From positions 6,615 through 70,614 of the forward strand of contig JASFHH010000003.1 in NCBI GenBank assembly GCA_050123335.1: 64,000 nucleotides of DNA, in the 5' to 3' direction. The notes below the pieces were generated by a model that saw nothing but the letters and a program-made list of their open reading frames with translations, made no database searches and was not told the DNA's origin. Every line of letters begins with the position of its first letter. The first letter of the stretch is position 1. Of the stretch, positions 29,083 to 37,267 are shown one piece after another. The position numbers and the translations under genes are program-made. Source of the DNA: Gammaproteobacteria bacterium. Lineage in GTDB: Bacteria; Pseudomonadota; Gammaproteobacteria; UBA12402.

Positions 29083-29478
29083 ATGGTGCGTCGATTAAGT
29101 TGTATGTTAGGTTTGTTGGTCATTACTACAGGCTGTTTTGCTGGTGATTATGATGTTTTGTTGAATGTGATTAACAAAACTGGGCAGGCAGGTTATTTTG
29201 GGGTTTGTGCCCAGCCGGTTAGTCCTGGAGGTGCAACGTTATGCAGTATTCCGCAGAAAATCCCACCGGGATTTAGTCGGATTTTTGTGCCGAATTACAA
29301 TATGGCATATCCTTTTTTTACCACTTTAGATGAAAAAGTGTATACTTGCGGATCACAAGCCGATCTACAGAAGCAGTTTTTTATTCCTATTGCGAAAGGA
29401 ATGCGCACAGTAGAATTGAATTTTATTACTGATAAAGATGGCAAAAAAGTCGCAATGGATTGTGCTATTAGTCAGTAG
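29083..29478 (+). CDS. secreted hypothetical protein
   Basis: Signal peptide followed by Cys-containing mature region; 131 aa. Confidence 0.4.
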   Translation: MVRRLSCMLGLLVITTGCFAGDYDVLLNVINKTGQAGYFGVCAQPVSPGGATLCSIPQKIPPGFSRIFVPNYNMAYPFFTTLDEKVYTCGSQADLQKQFFIPIAKGMRTVELNFITDKDGKKVAMDCAISQ

Positions 29479-30178
29479 TGGGCGGAGCAGAAGCAAATAC
29501 TACATCCGCGCGCAATATTACCTTATTACTTACAGTCAATGGTGCTGCAGCATCACCAGCACCATTGCGTGCAAATTTGGCTAATATCATAGCATTTGCA
29601 GGGGCGGGCGGAGTGGTTGGTACGAATGTTAGGTTATGTAGATAGTAGTGTTGTTTTGGGTAAGATTTATTTAATTGTGTTAATTCTGCATTAGCGATTT
29701 TATATAATTTTGCGTGTAATTTAGTTATAGTTTGTTGCGTTTCTTGTAAATCCGGTTGAAAGATGATTGATTCAACTTTATAGGTTTCTCCTGGCCGGCT
29801 AATGTTTTTTATTTTTGTTTGCAAAGTTTTTAATGCTGTTTCAGGTAAACGGATTTCAGCTATAGCATAAACCCGTTCTAACCCTGCTTTATCCTGACTG
29901 CGTTGAAACGTAGTAATATGCCATTTATTTGAGTTCGACAGAATAGATAGTTTTTGCATGATTCTATCATGCAGCGTAGTTAGATTAGCAGTATTCCCGG
30001 CAGCATTAATAGAAACTAATACTCTTGCAGTGTTAGTTGATATCCAATCTTCAGCAGTTAATTGCAGGTTGACTTTATTAAGGCATGCTATACATGGTTT
30101 TTGTGGTGTAGCTGCAAATGTATTAGTACCGCTTAATAACATTATCATACAGGAAAGTAATAGTGTTTTTTTAGTCAT
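29468..30178 (-). CDS. secreted protein, possibly SIMPL/DUF541 family
   Basis: Signal peptide MTKKTLLLSCMIMLLSGTNTFA. Size and C-terminal ...VILRADVVF resemble YggE-like proteins only weakly. Confidence 0.35.
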   Translation of the reverse strand: MTKKTLLLSCMIMLLSGTNTFAATPQKPCIACLNKVNLQLTAEDWISTNTARVLVSINAAGNTANLTTLHDRIMQKLSILSNSNKWHITTFQRSQDKAGLERVYAIAEIRLPETALKTLQTKIKNISRPGETYKVESIIFQPDLQETQQTITKLHAKLYKIANAELTQLNKSYPKQHYYLHNLTFVPTTPPAPANAMILAKFARNGAGDAAAPLTVSNKVILRADVVFASAPPTTD

Positions 30179-30198
30179 TTATGTTAATTTCCTTATGT

Positions 30199-31002
30199 TT
30201 ATGTGCTAACTGTGATTGCGCTTTTTGGATTTGCTTTGATCGCAATAAATAAATACACCATTGAAAGTAAGAAGTAAAATATATTTTGCAAAGGAAAGCT
30301 AAAGCTAAATATAAAAGCAATGGTGCTAATAATGATTGCGGGTGTTATACAGATGATTGATAAACCCATTAAAGCTTCGTACGGAAGTTTGCGTTTTAAG
30401 ATTAAGCAAAATAACATGCCTATTAATGCATAAATTAATATTTGAATGATGCGGTAAGCATATGCAATTATTAAGCCAATAAACCATATCCCAATGAAGA
30501 CCAAAGGAGTAATCCATTTACCAAATCGCAGAATGAAGCTGTTAATTTGTGTAGGTCCAATATCCATATTCATGGCTTGGGGATAATAATATTGGGATAT
30601 TTTGTTTGCGCTGTTATCTTTAATTAAAATGGCTTTTTTCTGTATCATGATCGTTGCAGTGCTTTTATGAAAATCACGTACTTTGTTGTTGGTATCAATG
30701 ATTATTACTGCTTTTCCTGAGGTAGGATCTTTGATGTAGTATGGGGTAGTTGCTTTGGTAGAGGCTATTCCTGCTTTAAAGTTTATAGTTGGCAAATCGG
30801 AGGTGACAATTTTCTGTGCAAACATATGCATTGCGGTATTTATTCTAAACGTTAATATGCCGCTAATAATTACCCAACAAATTAACAGTAGAATTAACAG
30901 ATATAAAAAACTGCGGCCACCCCAGCTTTGTGCGGTTTCCTGATATAGCTTTTTTGAATAAAATGATTTTGCCATAGCGGTAAATAAATTAGTGTGAGAC
31001 AT
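30199..31002 (-). CDS. polytopic membrane protein of unknown function
   Basis: Several hydrophobic segments; co-directional and adjacent to the previous gene. Confidence 0.45.
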   Translation of the reverse strand: MSHTNLFTAMAKSFYSKKLYQETAQSWGGRSFLYLLILLLICWVIISGILTFRINTAMHMFAQKIVTSDLPTINFKAGIASTKATTPYYIKDPTSGKAVIIIDTNNKVRDFHKSTATIMIQKKAILIKDNSANKISQYYYPQAMNMDIGPTQINSFILRFGKWITPLVFIGIWFIGLIIAYAYRIIQILIYALIGMLFCLILKRKLPYEALMGLSIICITPAIIISTIAFIFSFSFPLQNIFYFLLSMVYLFIAIKANPKSAITVST

Positions 31003-31081
31003 AATGTATTCCTATTAGTTTATGATACTATATTAATATTGTTGCAGTTTTTACGATGAAGTCAACAGGGTATGGCGTAAT

Positions 31082-31516
31082 ATGGCCTATAAATCATTAA
31101 CATTGTTGGGGTTTGATTTTGGTACGAAATCAATCGGAGTTGCAGTTGGGCAAACAGTAACAAAATCAGCTAAGCCGTTAACTGCTATCAAGGTAAAAGA
31201 TGATCGTCCTGATTGGCCCAAGATTATTCAGCTAATTGATGAGTGGAAACCAGATGCGTTAATCGTTGGTTTACCGTTAAATATGGATGGGAGCGAACAG
31301 GCGATAACTCAAGTGGTGAAAAAATTTGCCGATGATTTGCAGCGAAAATTTAATTTACCTGTGCATTTAGTAGACGAACGCTTGACCACAGTTGAAGCAC
31401 GGGCTAAATTATTTGAGGAACAGGGAGGATATCGTGCTCTCCGAAAGCCGAACATTGATGCTATGGCTGCTCAAGTAATTTTAGAAAGCTGGATGCAGCA
31501 GAACCGTGATGAATGA
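31082..31516 (+). CDS. ruvX: putative pre-16S rRNA nuclease / Holliday-junction resolvase-like YqgF
   Basis: [18 protein letters not shown]-terminal signature; 144 aa. Confidence 0.9.
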   Translation: MAYKSLTLLGFDFGTKSIGVAVGQTVTKSAKPLTAIKVKDDRPDWPKIIQLIDEWKPDALIVGLPLNMDGSEQAITQVVKKFADDLQRKFNLPVHLVDERLTTVEARAKLFEEQGGYRALRKPNIDAMAAQVILESWMQQNRDE

Positions 31517-31525
31517 GGAATATGT

Positions 31526-32005
31526 ATGATCAGGTTGTCTTTTAAACAAGTATATTTCGTTAGTTTTTTAGTAGCATGCATGTTTATCGGTTTTACGATA
31601 TTTATTCAGAGTTGGCAGGTGTTATTACCTTGTCCGTTGTTGCATATTGAGAGAATTATTATGGGGTTATTGGCGTTAATTTTTTTGATTATTGCATTGT
31701 ATAATCACACCATATTAAGTAGAAAAATTTGGAGTTGGTCGGCGTGCGCGATTAGTTTGTTGGGTGCGCTGGTTGCGGGAAGGCATGTTTGGCTGCAGGA
31801 GTTTTCTACGGGAGAAGTTAGTCTTAATGGTTTTGCGGAGCAGTCGCCACAATCTTCGTTTGTACATTATTTACATCAGGCAGTTAACTCATCATTATGT
31901 GTCCAAGTACAGTGGTCAATTTTAGGTATTAGCTTGGCTGGCTGGACTTTGATTTTATTTATTTTGTTTGCGGGATTGTGTGTTTGGCAGCGTAATCGGA
32001 AATAA
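31526..32005 (+). CDS. DsbB-like four-TM membrane protein with degenerate first Cys pair
   Basis: Four TM segments, about 160 aa. LLPCPLLHIER aligns with E. coli DsbB KPCVLCIYER, but the second Cys is Leu (codon TTG). The second periplasmic loop has a single Cys. Confidence 0.45.
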   Translation: MIRLSFKQVYFVSFLVACMFIGFTIFIQSWQVLLPCPLLHIERIIMGLLALIFLIIALYNHTILSRKIWSWSACAISLLGALVAGRHVWLQEFSTGEVSLNGFAEQSPQSSFVHYLHQAVNSSLCVQVQWSILGISLAGWTLILFILFAGLCVWQRNRK

Positions 32006-32048
32006 TGCCACGCAGAAGGCGATTTAAATCTCCTTCTGCGTGGCATTA
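32004..32048 (+). terminator. rho-independent-type hairpin
   Basis: 16-bp stem AATGCCACGCAGAAGG-loop-CCTTCTGCGTGGCATT overlapping the dsbB-like stop codon. Confidence 0.6.
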
Positions 32049-32446
32049 TTTAATATTAAGAATGGAACTGCAAATATTCCAAAATGAAAGAGGCGACTAT
32101 ACAGGCCGCCTCTTATCTATTCGAGCTATAGCCCGAATCAACTTCCTTGTCTTTCAATCTCCATGTTTATTGCGTCCCTGCAACAATACATTTTCAGGAG
32201 ATCGTTCTAAAAAAGTAGCAAATTGAGTGATTAATGCAATACCTTATTTTTTGTCAATTGCTGATTTGGGCACGATCCTAATAATTTTTTTCACAAATAT
32301 TGATTATAAATCATTAAGTTGCAAAAACTTTTTAATCTATAACCGTAAATTTAAGCAAATATTCCACTTTTCGCTGACTAAACTTTCAGAGATTTCTTAC
32401 AAATAATATATGGGGGTTCGCATCTTCACTCATTACAAAAAAAGTA

Positions 32447-32537
32447 GTCGGGTCGCGAGCTTTACATAATTTTTATGGGGCCGGGTCTTTACTAATTACA
32501 AAGCTACCGCACTTGTAATTAGTAAAGACCCGGCCCC
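32447..32537. repeat. palindromic element family A (copy A3) with its associated segment
   Basis: GTCGGGTCGCGAGCTTTACAT followed by GGGGCCGGGTCTTTACTAATTACAAAGC...GTAATTAGTAAAGACCCGGCCCC. Ends at the CaCA antiporter stop on the minus strand. Confidence 0.65.
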
Positions 32538-32538
32538 A

Positions 32539-33561
32539 TTATATACATAAAATGATCAAATATGCGATATATGCAGCTAACAAGATGCTGCCTTTTGTTT
32601 TAGTGAGTACTTTTTTGTCTTTGCGGCCAAATGCAAAAAAGAACAATAGGACGGTGATGCCAAACATCATAGTAAAATCGATGAGCAGGTGTGGCGCTAC
32701 ATGGATCTGACAAATGATTGCAGGTAGGCCAATTACGGCAAGCAGATTAAAAATATTGGAGCCGATTACATTACCGATAATGATGTCGTATTCTTTTTTT
32801 CTGGCACAAGCCAGTGAGGTTGCCAGTTCTGGGAGGCTGGTGCCTAAAGCAACGATGGTTAAACCAATGATTAAGTCGCTAATATTAAATTGGTGCGCAA
32901 TATGTATCGCACTTTTTACAATCAAATTTGAGCTGATTGGAAGAAGGATTAAGCCAAATGTTATTAGCAAAATGGCTTTCTTAAGTGGTACTTTAGCTTC
33001 GATTTCTTTGCGGTATTCAGTTTCCAAGACGTCTTTGCGCAAAAATTTCTTTCTTCTTTTGCCTTCCTGAATTAGCCAGAATACTACCAAAATAGCTCCA
33101 ATCAGCAATAATATTCCATCGCCTCGGCCAAGCTTGCCGCTTAACATGAATGCGCCGACTAACAGCATAGAAATGAACAATAGCGGAAATTCTTTACGCA
33201 GGGTGGTAGATCGTACTCTTAATGGAACAATTAATGCGGTGATCCCTAAAACTAGGCCTATATTGGCTATGTTTGAACCCATCACATTACCAATTGCTAT
33301 ATTCGGATTACCATGTATTGCAGCCATTACTGAGATTACCATTTCAGGAATTGAAGTACCTAGAGCAATAATAGTTAGTCCAATCAAGCGTGGCGATAAG
33401 CCAAATTTTCTAGCTAAAGTCGCTGCGCCGGAAACCGCGCTATTAGCAGCCCAGGCCAACAAGAAAAATCCTGCTAGTAATAAAATCAATGATGTTAATA
33501 GCCCAAGCTGCATGATAAAAAACCTTGTATTAAGGGTTCGTTTTAATAAGGTGTCTGACAC
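32539..33561 (-). CDS. CaCA-family Na+/Ca2+ (K+-dependent-type) antiporter, YrbG-like
   Basis: Two alpha-repeat motifs: GTSIPEMVISVMAAIHG and GTSLPELATSLACARKKEYDIIIGNVIGSNIFNLL. Confidence 0.85.
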   Translation of the reverse strand: MSDTLLKRTLNTRFFIMQLGLLTSLILLLAGFFLLAWAANSAVSGAATLARKFGLSPRLIGLTIIALGTSIPEMVISVMAAIHGNPNIAIGNVMGSNIANIGLVLGITALIVPLRVRSTTLRKEFPLLFISMLLVGAFMLSGKLGRGDGILLLIGAILVVFWLIQEGKRRKKFLRKDVLETEYRKEIEAKVPLKKAILLITFGLILLPISSNLIVKSAIHIAHQFNISDLIIGLTIVALGTSLPELATSLACARKKEYDIIIGNVIGSNIFNLLAVIGLPAIICQIHVAPHLLIDFTMMFGITVLLFFFAFGRKDKKVLTKTKGSILLAAYIAYLIILCI

Positions 33562-33735
33562 CTTGCATTCGAAATTGCAAAAATTATAGCATAATAAGTT
33601 TGTTTAAGCTGATAAAGTTGACTGGTTTTGATGAAATTCTGTAAAGATCAATTGTTTTTTTCCTTCAAGCTTGCTTTTTGGATGAAACTTATATAACGTA
33701 AATATTACGAGGGAATCAATTATAGGAGATTTACC

Positions 33736-33960
33736 ATGTTTAAATTTAGCACGTTAGAATGGATCAGTCTAATTGTATTAATAATCGGCGGTCTTAATGA
33801 TATATTTCTTGGTGTAATGCGTTGGGATATTTTTAGGGCAATATTTGGCGGTTGGTTGGCGAGTTTAATATATATCGTAATTTGCTTAGCTGCTGTTTAT
33901 ATGGTTTATGCTCTTTGGACTTGGCGTAAAGAGCATAAAGAAGAAAAAGCTGCCAAATAA
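33736..33960 (+). CDS. DUF378-family small membrane protein
   Basis: LIVLIIGGLNDIFLGVMRWDIFRAIFGGW, 74 aa, two TM segments. Confidence 0.5.
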   Translation: MFKFSTLEWISLIVLIIGGLNDIFLGVMRWDIFRAIFGGWLASLIYIVICLAAVYMVYALWTWRKEHKEEKAAK

Positions 33961-33961
33961 A

Positions 33962-36900
33962 TTATAGTTCTATCCACAAGGGAATTGCTGGGTAATACAA
34001 TCCACAAGATATTTTTTCAGAGTATAATTGCATCAGTAATTGTTGATAATTAGTTAATTGTTGCTGATGCTTTATTCTTTCTTGAGCGATAAATTTTTCG
34101 ATATTTTTTCCGCTGAAAGCTGTGGTTTTGTAATCGATAATCCAGCGTTTATTTTGATCAATAAAGGTGCGATCGATTCTGTAGTGTTTTAATTGATTGT
34201 TTTGTGTAGTAGATATTGCAAATTCATTGCGATGATCCTGGTGATTTTTTAAGATCCATTGCGCGCGCGGGTCAGTTAAAATATTTTTTAAGACGAGTTC
34301 AATTTGTTTTTTAGCATAGTCTAAATTATCAGATAATACACCAAGTTGAATCAGCATATTTTGCCAGTATGGCAAAGAATTTTGTATGCGTTTTTCTGGC
34401 CATTTATCGATGCCCTCAATTGATATTTGCTGCAAGATACGATGAATGACCGTACCAAGGTGAGTGTTGGTATTGTTTGGGGGTGCAAGTGACTTTGTTC
34501 CTTCGAATCTGTCATCCCGGACCCAGTCAGTTGATCCGGGATCCATGTTCCCAAATCTGTCATCCCGCGACCCAGCCTGAAGCCTGTCCTGCGGCGCAGC
34601 CAGTTGACCGGAGGAATCGCGGGATCCAGGTTGTTCGGCACGCACAATCCGTCTTAATTGAGATAAGGTTTTGTGTGCAGCATTAGTTTGTTGTCTTTCT
34701 TCTGTGCTTTTGAATTCTTCTTTAACTTGCGGCCAAATTAAATTTAAAAAACTTCCTTTTTTTGGTTCATTGTTCGGTCCTGCGGTACCAAATAAATGCA
34801 ACTGGTGTTTGGCGCGAGTCATGGCAACATAAAGTAATCGCTGAGTTTCAAAGTTATTTTTGCGTTTTTCGTGTGTTTCAAGATAATTATAAATTTTATC
34901 TTTTTGCTCTGCATAATTTTTTATTGGCGCTAAAATTAACTCATCGCCGAATTCTGCTCGAGGTTGATCGGTCCATAATAAAAGCTGTTTTTCTGTTTGC
35001 CGTGCCTGGCGATGCAAACCTGGTAAAATTACCGTGTCAAATTCAAGGCCTTTAGCTTTATGAATTGTCATAATTTGTAGGGTATCATCGTTGGTTGCGG
35101 CAGGAGAGGTAAATAATGTTTCAATTTTTTCTTCGAGTTGGGTGAAATTTTTAATATCACCACCGGCGTCGAAAGTTTCTAATAATTTAAAATAAGTTTT
35201 TGCGTCTTCGATATCAGAACTTTTATTTAAACAAGCGCCCCCATTTATTGATAACCAAGTGTCAAAGACAAAATTGCGCAAATTTTTACGGCCGCGATTT
35301 TGTAATGCCTGATCGAGCCGTTCACATAAAAATAATAAATTTTGTTGTGTATTTACATCAAGTTTTTGTAGGGTGTTTGGATCGTTAATACTTTGCCATA
35401 TGGTTTCGTGCTGATTGGCAATGCAATGTAAATCTTTTAAACTCAAGCCACACCATGGTGCGCGTAAGATTGCAAGCCAGGCAATTTTATCTGCAAAATT
35501 TAGTAATGCGCGAGTTAAAGCCAATAAATCCTGAATTATCGGGTTGGTATTTAGTTTATCGATCTCAATTGCCTGATAAGTTAAGTTACAGTTTTGTAGC
35601 GCAGGTAAAATGTCAGTTAAATGAGAACGTGATCTGACTAAGATGGCGATTTTTTGTTGTGTGTTTTGTTGCTTAATCGATTTAATTAATTTAACTATTT
35701 CATTAACATCATTTGATGTGTGTATTTTGACACAGGTATCAGGAGTGTTTTCGTGAAAACTTTTAGTTTGACTGTATTTTACTGCGCCGTCAGTTAGATT
35801 TTCTACTTGCGGGAAGATATCGGTAAAAACCTGATTAAACCAATTTATTAATTTTTTGTTGGAGCGAAAGTTTGTTGATAAAGTTATTGGGTTTAATTTA
35901 ATATTTCCAATTCCATATTGACGTGCGCGAATAAATAATCCGACGCGGGCTTCGCGAAAACGATAAATTGATTGCATCGGGTCGCCAACAATAAATAATG
36001 TGCGCCCATCATTTTCTTCCCAGCCGGCGGTTAGTAATTCTAATAATTCGATCTGGGAGATAGAAGTGTCTTGAAACTCATCTACCAGAATATGTTTGAT
36101 CTTATAGTCTAAAAATAATGCCAAGTCAGTTGGATCGTCGGTTGTGCCTAATACGTTTTTAGCTGCTTGCGCTACTTCAATAAAATCTATTTCGCCAATT
36201 TCCTGGAAAACTAATTTTAGAAACGCAGCAGCGCGTGGTAATAAAATTGTTAAAGATTCTAAAGTTTGCCATTGTTGTTCTGAATATTTAGTTGGTGGAA
36301 TAATTTTTGCTTCAGTTAATGCTTCGCGGAAATCATCATGCGCAGAAAGTTGCTGTAATAAATCCAGTACATGTTGTTTCATCGGTTTATCGTTTGCTGG
36401 AAAACCATTTCTCTTATCGATAGTTTTGCGCCAGTCGTTTTTATCGGTTAAAAATATTTTAGCAATGAATTGCCAATAATTTATTTCTTCTGTTGTGTTA
36501 TCCCGCGGCAAGCCTGTCCTGCGGCCCAGCCAGTTGACCGGAGGAACCGCGGGATCCATGTTTGTTTTTGCAAACTCAGCTAAAACTTTTATTTCCTGTG
36601 CCAAATTTTTTGGCAAGATATTATTTAATTTTTCCAGGCAATCATAAGAAATATTTCGCAGGCTTTGTTCTAAATCTTCACGTGAAATTTTTTGACCATG
36701 TACATGTGGTAACCATTGGTCACGTTTAGCCAACATTGCGGCAATTAGGTTTTGTGTTTTACTAAAATCATTGTCAAGATGTAGCAATAATTGTTTGATG
36801 TGGAAAGCGCATGCTTCATTAGAATAAATTTGCATCAATAATTCATATGCGGCTTTTAGATATAATGGTTTTGCATCATCAGTGATTTTGGTAATCGTCC

Positions 36901-37267
36901 CAAAAGAAGACAGCATCGGCATCTGTTGTGCAAGATTATGACATAATGAATCAATAGTTTTAATTTGTAAACGGTTTGGATTTTCTAAAAGATTCCAGTT
37001 ATGTTTTTTATCTTGTGCTAAAGCTTGTTTGGCATATTCTTCAGTGGCGTTTTGCAATGCAGCAATTACACGATTACGCATTTCATTGGCGGCTTTTTTA
37101 GTAAAGGTTATTGCAAGAATTTCTTCAGGTTTTTTAACTATACTTAATAAACGCAAAATTCGTTGTGTAAGCAAAGTGGTTTTGCCGGATCCCGCAGGAG
37201 CTTGTACGATAAATGATTTATCGTATTCTAAAGCTTGTTGTCGTTGTGCTAAATCAGTTATGTTCAT
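33962..37267 (-). CDS. addA: AddA-type helicase-nuclease (UvrD-like helicase with C-terminal PD-(D/E)XK nuclease)
   Basis: Walker A APAGSGKTTLLTQRI near the N-terminus; about 1100 aa. The ATG at 37267 overlaps the addB stop by 14 nt; longer in-frame extensions to 37357 exist. The frame stays open through two family-C repeat insertions. Confidence 0.8.
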   Translation of the reverse strand: MNITDLAQRQQALEYDKSFIVQAPAGSGKTTLLTQRILRLLSIVKKPEEILAITFTKKAANEMRNRVIAALQNATEEYAKQALAQDKKHNWNLLENPNRLQIKTIDSLCHNLAQQMPMLSSFGTITKITDDAKPLYLKAAYELLMQIYSNEACAFHIKQLLLHLDNDFSKTQNLIAAMLAKRDQWLPHVHGQKISREDLEQSLRNISYDCLEKLNNILPKNLAQEIKVLAEFAKTNMDPAVPPVNWLGRRTGLPRDNTTEEINYWQFIAKIFLTDKNDWRKTIDKRNGFPANDKPMKQHVLDLLQQLSAHDDFREALTEAKIIPPTKYSEQQWQTLESLTILLPRAAAFLKLVFQEIGEIDFIEVAQAAKNVLGTTDDPTDLALFLDYKIKHILVDEFQDTSISQIELLELLTAGWEENDGRTLFIVGDPMQSIYRFREARVGLFIRARQYGIGNIKLNPITLSTNFRSNKKLINWFNQVFTDIFPQVENLTDGAVKYSQTKSFHENTPDTCVKIHTSNDVNEIVKLIKSIKQQNTQQKIAILVRSRSHLTDILPALQNCNLTYQAIEIDKLNTNPIIQDLLALTRALLNFADKIAWLAILRAPWCGLSLKDLHCIANQHETIWQSINDPNTLQKLDVNTQQNLLFLCERLDQALQNRGRKNLRNFVFDTWLSINGGACLNKSSDIEDAKTYFKLLETFDAGGDIKNFTQLEEKIETLFTSPAATNDDTLQIMTIHKAKGLEFDTVILPGLHRQARQTEKQLLLWTDQPRAEFGDELILAPIKNYAEQKDKIYNYLETHEKRKNNFETQRLLYVAMTRAKHQLHLFGTAGPNNEPKKGSFLNLIWPQVKEEFKSTEERQQTNAAHKTLSQLRRIVRAEQPGSRDSSGQLAAPQDRLQAGSRDDRFGNMDPGSTDWVRDDRFEGTKSLAPPNNTNTHLGTVIHRILQQISIEGIDKWPEKRIQNSLPYWQNMLIQLGVLSDNLDYAKKQIELVLKNILTDPRAQWILKNHQDHRNEFAISTTQNNQLKHYRIDRTFIDQNKRWIIDYKTTAFSGKNIEKFIAQERIKHQQQLTNYQQLLMQLYSEKISCGLYYPAIPLWIEL
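34508..34632. repeat. palindromic element family C (two tandem units) inserted in frame within addA
   Basis: GTCATCCCGGACCCAGTCAGTTGATCCGGGATC followed by GTCATCCCGCGACCCAGCCTGAAGCCTGTCCTGCGGCGCAGCCAGTTGACCGGAGGAATCGCGGGATCCAGG. Read as ...GSRDSSGQLAAPQDRLQAGSRDD... in the addA frame. Confidence 0.7.
36497..36560. repeat. palindromic element family C inserted in frame within addA (second site)
   Basis: ATCCCGCGGCAAGCCTGTCCTGCGGCCCAGCCAGTTGACCGGAGGAACCGCGGGATCC. Confidence 0.7.

Noticed and set aside
32714-33589. Plus-strand ORFs 32714..33070 and 33134..33589
   Set aside because: They are antisense to the well-supported CaCA antiporter gene.
34351-34686. Small ORFs 34351..34647 and 34477..34686 overlapping the addA repeat inserts
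   Set aside because: They are alternative-frame translations of the GC-rich family-C palindromes (hence the recurring ..SRGMT.. and ..IPRSSRG.. peptides).
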